Assembly (NCBI RefSeq): GCF_000315625.1 | Contig: NW_005434667.1 | Coordinates: 735,061-799,060 of the forward strand | Length of the DNA stretch: 64,000 nucleotides | Direction of reading: 5' to 3' | Source of the DNA: Guillardia theta CCMP2712 | Taxonomy: Eukaryota; Protista; Cryptophyta | In this document: positions 36,849 to 49,491 of the stretch, piece after piece | Layout: every line of letters starts with the position of its first letter | Position numbering within the stretch: the first letter of the stretch is position 1 | Position numbers and translations under genes: made by a program | Notes under the pieces: model-generated | What the model was told of the DNA's origin: nothing | Databases searched by the model: none | The model's input: only the letters and a program-made list of their open reading frames with translations

Positions 36849-38333
36849 ATGCTGAGGGACTTGCTCCTCCTCACTCTAGCGGCGAATGCGATCGCGTCAC
36901 ATTCGACGTCGGTTGCTAAGATGCAACCAAGCTCTCTGGCTAGAGACAGAAGAATGATGCCGAATGGGCTCGAAAGTAATACTGTCGGAGACGCAAACAC
37001 CTCGCCTTTCATCGAAGGATTGAAGAACAGCTTGGCATCGGGACTGGCTTCTGCTGCAGGAAAGGTAAGTAGATGAAAGAGTTGCTCGCTTCCCCTTCCC
37101 CTGGTCCCATCATCACTGATTCGAGATACTTGAAAGACATTGTTGCATCCCTTTGACGTCATCAAGACTATTGAGCAAAGAAGCCATGAGAAGCTGGTGT
37201 TACACGGCCCTGTGCTCACTGTGTTGGTGATTCGTGCTCTTAAACAGGGAGTATGGGAGGCTGGTAGACGCGTTGTGAAGGAAAGCGGATTCTGTTCTCT
37301 GTTTACGAGGTCGTTGTTTGCATCTTGCTGCGAGTGTTCTTGTGATCATATCGACAGGGGTCTCGATGTGACACTGATAGGGTCTGTCCCCTCGACGGCT
37401 GTCTATTTTGGGGTTTATCAATTCTTGAAACGGAAGTTTACCCAGCAACTTGGTCTGGAGTACAAGTTGACAGCAGTTGCCTTGAGCGCATCCACTGCAA
37501 ACTTCATTGCAGCCTTCTTCAGGGTGCCAACGGAGATCGTCAAGCAGCGAGTGCAAGCTGGGATGTACCCAGATGCAACCTCTGCACTGAAGCTGTGAGT
37601 AGACATGTTCTGTATCGGAGGGGCGTGATTGAGTACAGAATCTTTGCCGATGGAGGTTTTCTGGCGTTTTTCGAATTGCGCTCTGTGATGGTGCAAGTTT
37701 TTCGTGATATTCCTTATGCCGTTGTGATGCTTCTAACCTACGAGGTAAACATTTCTTGGAGCAAATGTGTTCTGATAAGCATGCAGATCCTGCATAGCCT
37801 TTTCAGAACAAATGTTTTCGGTAGCAGCAGAGGTGTTGTACACCGAGTATGACTTGGGTGGTAGAAACGGAAGCAAAGCAAGGGAGGGGGGACGATAGCA
37901 ATCTTGCGGCTAAAACAGCAACAGCAAGCGTGAAGGTAGTGCCATTTTGATCGTGACCAGAGCAATCTGATCCTTGGTAGGGTCTCTGGATCGGCGCGAC
38001 TGCAGGAGCTCTTGGAGCCCTGGTGACAACGCCGTTAGATGTGGTCAAGACACGATGGTTGGTAGACCGCAAGCAGTATCGGTAGCTCAACCTGATTTCT
38101 GATTTTTACTTTTGACGTCAACTTGATAGAGGATTGGTGGACGTCATCGTACGAACATGGTTACACGAAGGTCCTGCCGCTTTCTTCAAGGGGGTGATGT
38201 GGACTTCGTGGTGCATGCACTATCTCTGATCTTGAACCAGGCTGTTCCACGTGTAGCTCAGAAAATTCCCTCTAGTTCCATATTCTTCCTCCTTTACGAG
38301 CTCTTCAGAACCATTTTTGGTGTGAAGCGATGA
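36849..38333 (+). CDS. Mitochondrial carrier family (SLC25) protein, SAM-carrier-like, with signal-peptide-like leader
   Basis: Three Px[D/E]xxK motifs (PFDVIKT, PTEIVKQ, PLDVVKTR), RDIPY, FFKG..PR; leader MLRDLLLLTLAANAIA. Confidence 0.85.
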
Positions 38334-38589
38334 CATGCAAGAGAAACTAGACGGAAACTATCGATCGCTTTTGGATGAATACTCCTCTATTATTGATATT
38401 TCGCCAAGACGACCCCGGACCCAAACATGCTTGCTACTTGATCTTACTTTCCACAAGAAAACAAAATCTGGCTTTTGAACATTTTGACAGAACTCTATTT
38501 CACCCTACAAAAGCCACGCTGGCGCCGGATTCATCACCACTAAGAATTTCTCGCTGTCGCTTGAAATCTTCAGTTCACATTTGCCTTTA

Positions 38590-40408
38590 TCACCTCCGCC
38601 AAGTCGGGCCACTTGGCTGCTTCAACTGCATGAGTTTCCGTTGTCGAATCGGTGCAGGATTTTGAATCCAGAAGATCTCAGGCTTTGTTTTGGTCTGTTG
38701 ATCCAATCAGATAACAAGTATACAAGATCTTGAACCACATCGTCACCTTATAGAACAGATCTTCTAGCCGCTTCGGAGCAGCGGACACCTGGAGAAACAA
38801 TGGTCAACTACAGGATTCAGGAAAGAAAAGGCGAAGCCAAACTTACCCCTGGAAAGGAAGATTTTGGAGGAGCATCTGGCGGGAAGCCTCTACCTCTCTG
38901 GATCCTCCCGCTGCCCCCCGACGGTGGTCCTGAATCACCAACAGGACCTGATGAGCCAAATCCTGGGGCAGATCTGCGAGGAGCTGTGTCCATTGGACAA
39001 ATAAGCAAACATCGCCAACTCAAGAGGTACTTCTGGCAAGATTACCTTCGTTTGACGAGCCAAACGATCGTTGGTCACCTCCACCTGATCACAGCTATCA
39101 GATCTGCTCTCCTAATCCTGAATCATGTACCTGGAATGCGGCCCAATCGTGAGGAAATTGATCCAGACGGCTCCTTCTCGACAATCTTCTCAGCGTCGTC
39201 GCGGGTTGTGAAAGATATTTGCAACCTAGAGAACTATCAACTTATAGCCCAGCATTTGGCATAGGTCTTAAACCTTCCAGGTGTGTGAGAATTCGCGGGC
39301 CAGAATACATCATAAAATTCCGACCTCACAGCTGCAGCATCCTGTTATCGTGGTTACATCAAGAACCAAAAGACTTGATATAGGAATACCTCTTCTGTTT
39401 CAAACTCTGCAAAGCACAATGATTTGATCCTATTCAACCAAAACCATGTGATTTCCCTGTTTCCTTGTTCACTAAGGGCTTCTCGCAGCTGCTTATCAGT
39501 AAAAGGTCTTTTCAAACCTTCAATCTAAAAAATGCGAGTTTATCAAAGAAAGTTAGGTATTGTCATGTCGAGGTCACAGACTGAAGAGCGCATTCGCCAA
39601 GGGGATTACCTTGAGCACATTAGTCGGATCCTCCTCCGGAGGGTCCCGTCTAGGCATCTCTTCAGCAGCAATTTCCTCGGTCACTGCTGCATATCTCGAG
39701 TTGCCACGACCGCGAACCCCCTGCGGAAAATCAGATCACGACTAGAAGACATCGATAGTATACATCTGGTCTCCTTCTAACATTTCGAGAATCAGAGTCA
39801 TCCTGAGATCTGTTGCGGTCAACCTGATTTCATAGGCCATATGTTAGAGCAGGACGTCAGAAACCAGCGCAACCTACCTGGTTGTCATCGCTCCTCTCAG
39901 TACCAAACCTCTCTTCTCTCGAACGCTTCAATCGATTGGTTCCCTCCTGGAATTTCTCGTTTTCAGAAATTCGCAAGAGTCATTGATTCAATTAAACCTC
40001 GGGTTTGGTCGTGGATATGACTCTCTTGCCTCCACCTTCCTCATTCCCTGTGCACAAGTAAACAACAGATCATTAAAGATTTTTCAGGAATGGAAAAAGA
40101 ATTCGCATACAACCAGGTGCAACGGGACAGTCAGTGCGGAACGAAGATCTTCTCAAAGATGAGAAGAACAGGAGGGCGGATCACAAATATGAAGTTGGAG
40201 GCATGACAGTGATTCTCGTGGAGGAACGATCATGGCAGGAAATTTTGACATGGAAAGAAGAGGAGGACAAGGGGCAGGAGGGAGAGAGGTCAACAAGGCA
40301 CATGCTGTATATCAAGAGAGAAATGTAACATAACAGTGGAAGGTGGATATTAAAGAGATCGCCATCCTTGCATGCGTTACCTGATCCTGCCGATGCTGCG
40401 TCTGGCAT
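38590..40408 (-). CDS. ACIN1: Acinus-like ASAP/EJC splicing factor (RRM + RSB motif)
   Basis: RRM IEGLKRPFTDKQLRE...FWLNRIKSLCFAEF...FWP; spliced RSB motif LEDLFYK|TKTKPEIFW. Start exon uncertain. Confidence 0.75.
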
Positions 40409-40886
40409 GGCAGCGGCTTCTGCTTTTTTTCCAGAGGGGGAAGCACGATTTCAAAACTTAAAATCATATATTTGAAACTTGACCTCAAAATCTGAAATGA
40501 TTGATTCTGAGCCCCTCTTTTCCCCTTTGAATGTGTCGGGTGGGTAATAGATTTCAAGCAGAGATTCGGATAGAACTCCCAAAAGCGGTTGTGGTTTGAT
40601 AGGGTAGGGTTTTAGCACGGGGGTCCTCTGACCACCCGGTTCATTAAGGATGGAAAAGGAAAACTTACCTGGGTGGATTGAGACCCATGTGCAAATTTGG
40701 GGGGGTAGGGTCATGCTCGCATGCACCCTACCTTATAAGTATAAATTTATATTATAAAATTTCTACCAATATCAGTACCAAACAAACTTCGCTCGTAGTA
40801 CATTGGAGTTTTAAACATGAAAAAAAATGATTTAAAAACTTTCCTTTTTAAAACTCCGCCTTGGACTTCGCGCTTCCTAGCCCGTC

Positions 40887-42472
40887 ATGTTGCGATGGCG
40901 CGACAGGGAGAACGACATGGTGGAGGAGCTGCCCAAGAACGACGGAGCTTTCTCCCTTCTCCAGCTTCCTAAGGAGCTCTACGAGAAGGTAGGAGAGCGA
41001 AGGGTTGAAAGCTGCAGAAGAGCTTCCCTCTGAGTACCTCCTTGTTCCAGATCTCGTCGGACTCCGAGGTGGTGTTCAAGTTTGTTGGAAGAGATGATGA
41101 AGAAGCCGTGTTGATCACTGAAGACAAGACGTATTCTGTTCGAAAGGGGGAGACGTCGAACATGCAAGTGTGTTTGTCTTTGGCTGTCTATATCTTGTAA
41201 ACACCCTATGCAGATCCTAATCCATTCGAGCATGGACGAGATGTTAGCAAGGCACAACAAGGAAAATCGTCAGATTGATGATGGTAAGTCTATGTTGTCT
41301 TGACCCATGCTGAAATTGACCTCGGAGTAGAGTGTTCGAGCTGTACAAATGCTATTGTCAATGTCATGAGTCAGTTCGAGCTCAGTATCACGAAGCCGCG
41401 ATTGCGAAACCTACCCGCCTACCTGTCGCGGTACGAGTACGAGGGACCAGATGTAGATGAAAACTCGAGTGAAGAAGAAAAGTCAAGGCGGTTGAGCAGA
41501 AAGGATCTGGAGTCCATGCTTCAAGCAAGCCCCAAGGAGATTGAGGAAGAACTTGACAAGCTGGGTGCCCTTGAAATAGATGGCAAGGTTTTTTTTTGAG
41601 CCCGATGAGTCTAGACACTATTGCTGATATTTTACAGATGTGCCTCATGAGCCAAGTATACGAGTCGCAGCTCATGACTTTATTCCTGTCCACAGCAGTT
41701 CTCAATTCATGGGACTTCAACTCTGTCACCCTAGAACAATGTCTGTCAGCTAGCGATTTATCGGAATATCCGATGTAACATGCTATACCCTCCTGCACAC
41801 ATTTTTCCATGACCCGTGATTCCAGACATGTAATCACTAAATTTTTCAAGAAGTACACGCAGCCGATTGAATCCAATATGGAAATCGATAGTTTTGAAAA
41901 AACTCCAAGGAAATTGGACATAAATGCGCTGGCGCTCTTTCGGTGAGGAACTCGATGGATATCGGAGAAACCTCACAGCACTGAAATGGCATCCCTGCAG
42001 TGCCGACGAACTTCTGAGCAAGATCTCGCCCTCTGTAAGGTTTACTGTGGAGGAGTTTATCACGGCATGGACTACCATGCTTCCAGCTGGGGTGAGTCCG
42101 TTTCAGGGTTGTCTTCGCAACTAAGATTCAGCAGACGACCGTCAATATGGACATGCTGAGAGGAAAGGCGATTGCCGAGAACAAGGGGGGTCAGGTGAAT
42201 GATATGCGAACATGCAAGTGGTTTGTGAACTGCGGATCCAGAGTTTCGTGAAACGTTTTCATTCGGAGGATTTGAGCATGGACGTCAAGCAGAGATTCAA
42301 ACAAATTTTCCAGCAAAACTCGTTTTGGACTCGTGCAGACCTTCTGCCATACCTGGAGGGAATTGTTGGACCTGGAGCCACTGCGGATCAGCTGCTATTG
42401 AAGCATGCGAGGATGAACAGACAAACAGGTCCAAGTGGGGAAGAAATCAGAACATATTCGGCGAGATATTAG
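40887..42472 (+). CDS. DCC1: Sister chromatid cohesion protein DCC1 (Ctf18-RFC subunit)
   Basis: FSLLQLP...GRDDEEAVLITEDKTYSVRKGETSN; LQASPKEIEEEL..LGALEIDG; C-terminal RFKQIFQQNSFWTRADLLPYL...LLLKHAR. Confidence 0.9.
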
Positions 42473-42638
42473 AGCAATGCTTGTTGTACCAGTTATCATT
42501 ATTAGATAAAATACTTAGAAAACCTTTATAGTAAGGAGATAAGCCCCATCCAAGGGTGCACAGCATTTTTCGAATCAAGAAGGAAATCGAACCGAACAAG
42601 TGGACTCCATTTGCCCACAAAGCTGTGGGCTGGCGCCC

Positions 42639-43929
42639 TTATTGAGACTTGGCTTTCTTGGACGCCTTCTCTGGTTTCTCTGGTTTTGCACTCTTGCTGC
42701 TTGATGTCTTCGATTTTTTCAAAGTTTTCTCCTTCACTGGCGCCTCAGGCTTGTCTGCATCATACCTGCAATTCGCAATCAACATAACTAAGTTTCACAT
42801 CTCGTTTCATTCACTTGGCCCTTTCTTCGGCATATTTCTCCTTCAGCTTAGCTGCTTCCTTTTCATAAACCTGTGCCATTAAGCTAAGAAAATACTTGAG
42901 ATCAACAAACATCAACCTCTTTCTGCTGTGCAGACATTCCGTTCCAGTCCGCAGCAATCTTAAAAATGGGAGATTTCAGTCAAGCACTTATTCAAAGTGA
43001 TCGATCTCGTTACCTTCTTGCCCATCTCAGCAAAGGTCAATTCAGGGTTGGCACTCTTGATCTTATCTCGGACCTTCTGCGACATCAGCAGGAAGCAGGA
43101 GAACCTGATGAGATATTGCCTGGTTGGAATAAATCATGAAAGCTGACAGTGGCCGTTTTGGTGCGTTCGGATCCTTGGCGGGTTTTCCTGAGGAGCCTGT
43201 TCTCAAATTTTGAAGGTGAAGGAATCAAAGGGAACCTTCTTTCTTCTTCTTGGCTTTCTCTGTCCTTTCTTTCCGAACTTCTTCTGGGACCTGAAGAAAT
43301 CGTGAAAAAAAACACTTCACAGCATTCAAAAAAAGTGAAACCTTGGCCTCGTATTCTGCCTTCTCCTTCTCATATTCTGATTTGAGTTTCGCAGCCTCAT
43401 TTTCGAACTTCTTCTTTCCATCTGCAACACGACATCAAAACAAGTTTCGTGGATATAAGACAATAAGTACCCGCACTCAAAACTTTCCACTTGTCACCGA
43501 TTACTTTTGAAATCTCTGTCATCTTGGATGAAGCAATTGAGCACATAACAACACAAAAACATAATAATAACAAACCTTCATTTCAGGATTTTTCTTTACG
43601 ATGTCTGCCCTCACTTCATTCGCGTAAAGCATGTATGCGGACAAGGCACGCTTAGGCGCTTGAATATCCTAAAGTTTGCAGATCACGATGCAAGATGTCA
43701 GGGTAAATATCTTTGATGTTATTATCACCTTGTACTTATCATCTTCTGCATTCTTTTTCTTTGATGCTCCTCCTCTCAGATGCAAGTTGTTTCTGTTCAG
43801 GGTCCTGCTGCATTGCGAACCACTACTCTTCTGGTATGCGTTCACAGAGCTGATCGATGCAAGAGTAATCGTTGCACAAACGACGAAGAAAACACACTTT
43901 GCGTTAGAGACCATCTTGCCGGGGATCAT
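42639..43929 (-). CDS. Two-HMG-box DNA-binding protein with signal peptide and leader ending LHLRGG
   Basis: Leader MVSNAKCVFFVVCATITLASISSVNA|YQ...NLHLRGG. Box 1 APKRALSAYMLYANEVR...NPEMKMTEISKVIGDKWK. Box 2 DPNAPKRPLSAFM...VRDKIKSANPELTFAEMGKKIAADW. Lys-rich tail. Confidence 0.9.
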
Positions 43930-44632
43930 TTGTTTCTTTGAATAGACTTCAAAGAAGTCTTCAGAAGCAAAATCCAGGGACGACTCCGATAATGGTTGCC
44001 TCCAATAGTAGCTTTTCCTTGGGCCTTGTATTAGCCTTTGTCACAAGGATAGACGTGTTCAACTCTTCTGGACCTGCTTGTCTCTAATATCTGTATCCTC
44101 CTCTCTTCACCTCCTCTCCCTTGTGCTCTTCTGTCTTCTTTCGCTGCGCCTTCACCTCGCCCGGTCTGCGTCTCAGACTCGCATTTTCAAACCTCGTACC
44201 CGCTAATCAGAACTACCCCACCCCATCATATCCCTACCCTACTCAAGACTACCCCTCAATTCCATTCTTGCTGGATACTTTTTCTCAAGCAACAGATCAC
44301 TTCAACCAGAATAAAAGGGGGTGGGGTAGGTTGACGAAGGGAAATCTTGGGGCAGCGATCGTCTACTACGTGGCTGGAGAACTATCCCCGATCAATGGGG
44401 CGATCCTAACTCAGGCATCTTTGTATGTCCTGGTAGCTATGGCGTGCTTTGGCCGCTAGTCGTTTGTGAGATGAGCGAGAAAGATCAGTGATGGGTGTTG
44501 GAGGCAATCGAGCATTGAATATCGTTGTTCTTACTGATTGTTTTCTATCCAGACTGCTGGCAACCTGTCAAAGTGCACGGACTTCAGTTGACTGAATAGA
44601 GACTCCTTGGACACGTGGTTGCTAAGTTAAGC

Positions 44633-46000
44633 ATGGATCAAGCAAAGAAAGAAGTCATCTTGAGGGTGACGTTGGCTCGTACGACAGTGAAGGGTTCTCT
44701 GATCCCCAGCAGGTAGCGAAAGAGATCGTCGGGTCAAAACTCGTTGTTTTTAGCAAATCCACATGCGGGTTCTGCAGGTCTCCTTGGGCCTCATTGCTTT
44801 TGCTGCTCATGACATGCCATAATCTTCAGGGAGGCGAAAGAAATTCTCACGGATATGCTGGGCATGAATGCAAGTGCTATGAGGTTGTCTCGATGCTTTC
44901 CTGGCCGCTGTCCGTGGACATGGAGTGACTGGAGTTGCCTCAGAGTCGTCGAGCTTGACCTCATCGACAACGGAAGTGACATTCAACAAGTGTTGAGAAT
45001 GATGACTGGGATCGCAACGGTACCTCTCGCCCTCTTTGTCTCAGATGGTGCTGACCGGGCTGAAAGGTTCCCAACATTTTCATCGGTGGGAAGAGCGTGG
45101 GTGGCTGCTCGGAACTGAAAGAGCTGAAGGGGAAGGGCGTTCTCCATCGCTTGCTGTGTGAGGTATCAGCGATCCGTTCTTAAGGCTTTCTTGTTCCTTT
45201 ATGAGAGACTATAGGCCAGTCTTCAGCCTCTCAAGCCAGGAGATAAGATTCCCAACGTTCAAGTACAAGTGCTTCGATCTTCGAAGGATGGCAAGCTAGT
45301 GGCTGAACAAGTCGAAAGCTTGAAACTGTTTGAAGGTCGGGAAACCCGTGCTGCAAGTGCATTATATGACTGTCTCTCTGCCTTGCAAACAGGGAAAACA
45401 AGTGTTCTGTTCGGAGTTCCAGCAGCATACTCTCCATCGTGTTCGGAGAGACACTTGCCCAGTTACATTCAACATTTCGATGAGTTGAAATCCAAGGGAG
45501 TGGATCAAGTGTTCTGCATTTCGGTCAACGATGGTGAGCAGTGTCATCCATGATAGTGGATCTCGTTAATTCTTCGCCAAGCATTCGTTATGAAGGCCTG
45601 GGCCTCTAGCCATGACATGGACAAAAGGATTTCCTTCATTGCCGACGGTATTCCCCCCCGTCATCTGACGGCGATTTAAGTCCTGCCTCGTGATCAGGGA
45701 ATGGAGAGTTGATCGAAAAGATGGGTCTAGCACAAGATTCCAGAAAAGCAGGTGAGCCCGTGACTTTGCGGGGGACAGTGTAGCTGAAAGGTGTGCAGGG
45801 ATGGGAATGAGGTCAAGGAGGTTCGCATGCATTGTGAGGTCAGAGCGACTTGTTCCATTTCTGTGGAGCGTATTGACACTCTCTTTACTCTTAACTTTAT
45901 GTTCAGGGATGGTGTTGTTGAGTACATGGCTATCGACAAACCAATGCAGACGGACATTTCTTTAGCTGATCGAATGATTCCTCATCTCTCCAAGTTGTAA
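44633..46000 (+). CDS. Glutaredoxin (CGFC) fused N-terminally to a type II (PRX5-like) peroxiredoxin
   Basis: VVFSKSTCGFC...TVPNIFIGGKSVGGCS; intron 45163-45214 joins in frame to PGDKIPNV...LFGVPAAYSPSCSERHLPSY...CISVNDAFVMKAW...ADGNG...GMRSRRFA. Confidence 0.85.
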
Positions 46001-46104
46001 GCTCCGGCAACAGCTCGTCATTTTTTGGAATCCGCGGCCTCTGATTCTTTCTCATCAGCCTATTAACATGTTAGATTATCATGCTTGAACTTAATGTTCA
46101 AAAA

Positions 46105-47000
46105 TCAATTCTGAACAACCAGGGCTCGTTTCCTTGCATTCTGTTGTTTTTGTTTCTCAGCCTTGGCTAGTTTGACTTCGTCATCCTGGACGCGTTGCAC
46201 GAAATCAGATGCAGAAATTTCAATTTCACGCAATAAGAAACTCTCCCTCCATTCACAAAGTGACAGAAAGCTCAACTCGAAGAAATCACCTCGTGCACAG
46301 GATTCAACGGCAAGGGGGCTGGTCCAGGCTGGATTGAGAAGGAACGGAGCTGGAGCAACACACGGTTACAAATGTCAAGTGACGAAATCATTTACAGACC
46401 TCATCATCTCGGAAATGCCGAAACTCTATTTCGTTATCTTTGTTGGCCTGCACGGTTTCAGTCCCTCACACTGTCTGAGGTGTGGACTTCTCACTCTATT
46501 CATGTACGCTTTAATTAATGGAGCAATTTGCCCTCTGATATCTGGAGCATTGTAGCGTGTTTTGCACACATCCTGAGCATTGTAAGGTGTTGAACAAGGA
46601 CAACCAGAAAGAGGGGAGCAACCGGCAAGAATAAATGGAGCTCTTGGTCTTCAGGTACCTCTGACAGTTCCCTCATCGCAATATCTAATCCAGCCTGAAA
46701 AAGGACGTCACATCATTGAAACTGCTCCATCCAGTCGTGTGCATGGAGTTGTAAAAGATTGAAACATGCGAGCTTGCACAGTTAGAAGATGCTACACAAA
46801 CTCGAGGAATCAACGGCATGAACGGCAGGGCATTGACGGAAGTTCAACAAGAAAGCAGAAAGAAATCAAAAGCAGAGGATCTCATTAGTGAAAATCTTGC
46901 AATGAGAATAGATGATACCACAACGAGAGCATAGCAAGAGCATGACAAGACTTTCCTGGTTGAACAGCTGCTCATGAGATGTTGCTCCCCCGTCTGCCAT
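46105..47000 (-). CDS. Small multi-exon hypothetical protein
   Basis: MADGGATSHEQ start; several GT-AG-bounded small exons ending ...ARKRALVVQN*. No recognised domain. Confidence 0.35.
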
Positions 47001-47084
47001 TGCGCTTGGCCTGTGCGCTCCTAGGGCCTCATCCCCCCACCTTGAACCATTTAAAACATCATCGCCCTCATTCCAAGTTCAACT

Positions 47085-47300
47085 GGGCCCGCCCGGGACC
47101 GTCGCAGCCGGGACGGTCCTGCCGGGAGTCCCGCCGCCCATGATGAGCTCCCGCAGCAGTCCCTCAGTGCCTCCCCGGCGGAGGGCTGAGCGGTCCTGGA
47201 CGGCGGCCGGGCAGTCCGAGCCGGGTGAGGGTCAGAGTCCGAGCGGCCGGGGCCAACAGTAAGTTACTGCGGCCGGGCCCGCCGCGCCGGGCCCGGGCAG
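47085..47300. promoter_or_regulatory. CCGG/GGCC-rich GC island at a divergent gene junction
   Basis: GC-rich island between starts at 47000 (-) and 47363 (+). Confidence 0.5.
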
Positions 47301-47362
47301 CGGTCAATCATTTTCTGCTGCCTTACCTTGTGGTCTATTCGCATGCTCTGAGGCAGGTGGCA

Positions 47363-49395
47363 ATGAGCCGCAGTTGGGCTACTGAAGCTGCCGTTGAGAC
47401 CGGTGAGATGGCGATGGAGACTGAGGAAGACCAGGGCGAGGAGCACGCAGAGACGAAGACAAGCGACAAGACAAGCGTGTGATGCTGATGATAGATGAAG
47501 ACAGTAGAGCCTCGGATCGACAGAGCAGATAGTAGATGTTGACAGGATCTGAAAGACTCGACACAAAGCGCATTCCTCTGCCTCCTTGTTTGCGATCTCA
47601 GGCATTGAACATTTGACAGACTGAGCCGAGAGGATAGTGATAGACAAGAGTTTGAGAGGCAGACATGTTCAGATGATGAGGTGCTGCTGTGCTGATGTTT
47701 TGCTGGAAGGCTCATGTTAGAGCTGCAAGATGGCGTCATGTATCGGAGCCGTGAACAAGTCTGATGGAGAAACAATTGAAGTTGCAGCCGCTGCCAGCTT
47801 CAGTGTCGACTTGAGTTCAAGTGCGCAAAAGCGAGCAGAGGTCACGATCAGGGCGTGTTCGAACCTGGCGAGGACAGCAGCTCAACGGGGAAACTTTCAG
47901 AATGCGAGGAGTTTTTGTTGCTTCGCTTCTTCTATTCTTGATGAACTGATGGATGAATCTCGACGTGACCTCCGGTCACCAGACAGACATGAACAATCAG
48001 GTCCATACGTCGAAGGCATTGTTTGCAGCCCATCCTTGCATGACGGTAACCCCACCACTGTAAAGAGGAAAGAGAGCTGATAGATGGTGACAGGCACATT
48101 AGAGGCTAGCAGAGTTACCAACACGTGGGTTGCGCTTCTTGTGTTGACTCCCCTCCTCATGTTCTAGAAGGTCCAGTGAAGAATTCTCTGAGTGCAAGGA
48201 GAGGAAGGTCGATGACTCGAGACTGAGCCTGGCTGAAACGAGGCAAGTGGAACCGGCGAAGCTGATTGAGGTGAGCCTGACCTCGGACGTCAGTCACGTA
48301 TGAATTTTCTCAAGTGTGAACTTTCTTGCCAGGACCCAGGAAATCTCAACGATGGGGCCAGGAAAGATCGGAACGAGAGGGCAAGACGTGATGGAAGAAA
48401 CTTCAAAGGAGCTCGCGATCAGAGGGTGATGTTGCAAGTGAGGATGTGGGTGAAGGAAGACGAAGCTAGTTCACCTCGCAAACAGGTCTTGTGCTCATCT
48501 GATCGTCTCACCCTAACACACCGGACAGCATGCAGCAGCTGCAGCGAGCGACGAGAGCAGATGCGAGGACGAGGAGGCGAACGCCATGAGCTATCGGGCT
48601 ATCCATCAGACGGCGTCGAAGATCTGCGAGGACTTAAACTTTGAGTCATTGTTACTGAAGACGAAGCAAGAGGCCTCGTCGAGGATTCAACGAGCTGTGA
48701 GAGTGTATTGCTCTCGCAAGATTTGCTCGAGGAGGAAGAGTGCGGCGATCCTCGGGAGTCACGTCAAGACTTGGTTGCTCATGTCTGACTGGACGGTCAG
48801 GAGAGGAGCTGCCCACTGCTTGCTAGCGGGTGTGAAGAGATTTTTTAGGGAGAGGAGCTTCAGGGCTATACAGCTGGAACGCGAGTCAAGCGTGATCGTG
48901 ATACGGGAACGCATCATAGCACGGGTGATGCAGGACAGGTACCAGAGACTGCAATGTCGGCAGCAACTCGCGATTCAGAAACTGAGAGGGAGATTGCGAT
49001 GTAACAAGTGCCGGAGGATTTATCAAGAGATCCTTGCATACAGGAGGAGAGCAGGGGAGATCCTTCAAGCAGCGGCCCTGAGGTTGTCAGCGCAGAGGGA
49101 CTTCCCCTATCTCAAGATGGACATGCGCTCCGGTGAAAGTTTCTCATCCAAGATCAACAACATCCTCACCGGGCTCAGTGCGTGCGAGGACAAATTGTAC
49201 TCGATGAGATGGAGGGCGGGCGAGGGAGCGACAAGTGTGAAGGAAGGTTGCGTCATCATCCAACGAGTCTGGCGGGGCCACCGGACAAGGATGAAGATCC
49301 GTCGCTGCTTCCAGACACTTGCTGCCATCAGAGTCCAACGGGTGTACCGGGGACATGCAGCAAGAGCGAGGCTGCGGAAAGCGCTCGGCCTCTGA
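47363..49395 (+). CDS. IQ-motif (calmodulin-binding) protein
   Basis: IQRAVRVY, IIQRVWRGHRTR, VQRVYRGHAAR plus degenerate IQ repeats; the 5' exons are less certain. Confidence 0.7.
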
Positions 49396-49491
49396 CAGGG
49401 TCCGACGGTCTAGCACTGGCAGTGCACAACGCCAGACTGTGTTGGGCCCCAGATCCTCCTGGTGATCTTAGTGCTGGAATGAAAGCCTGCC

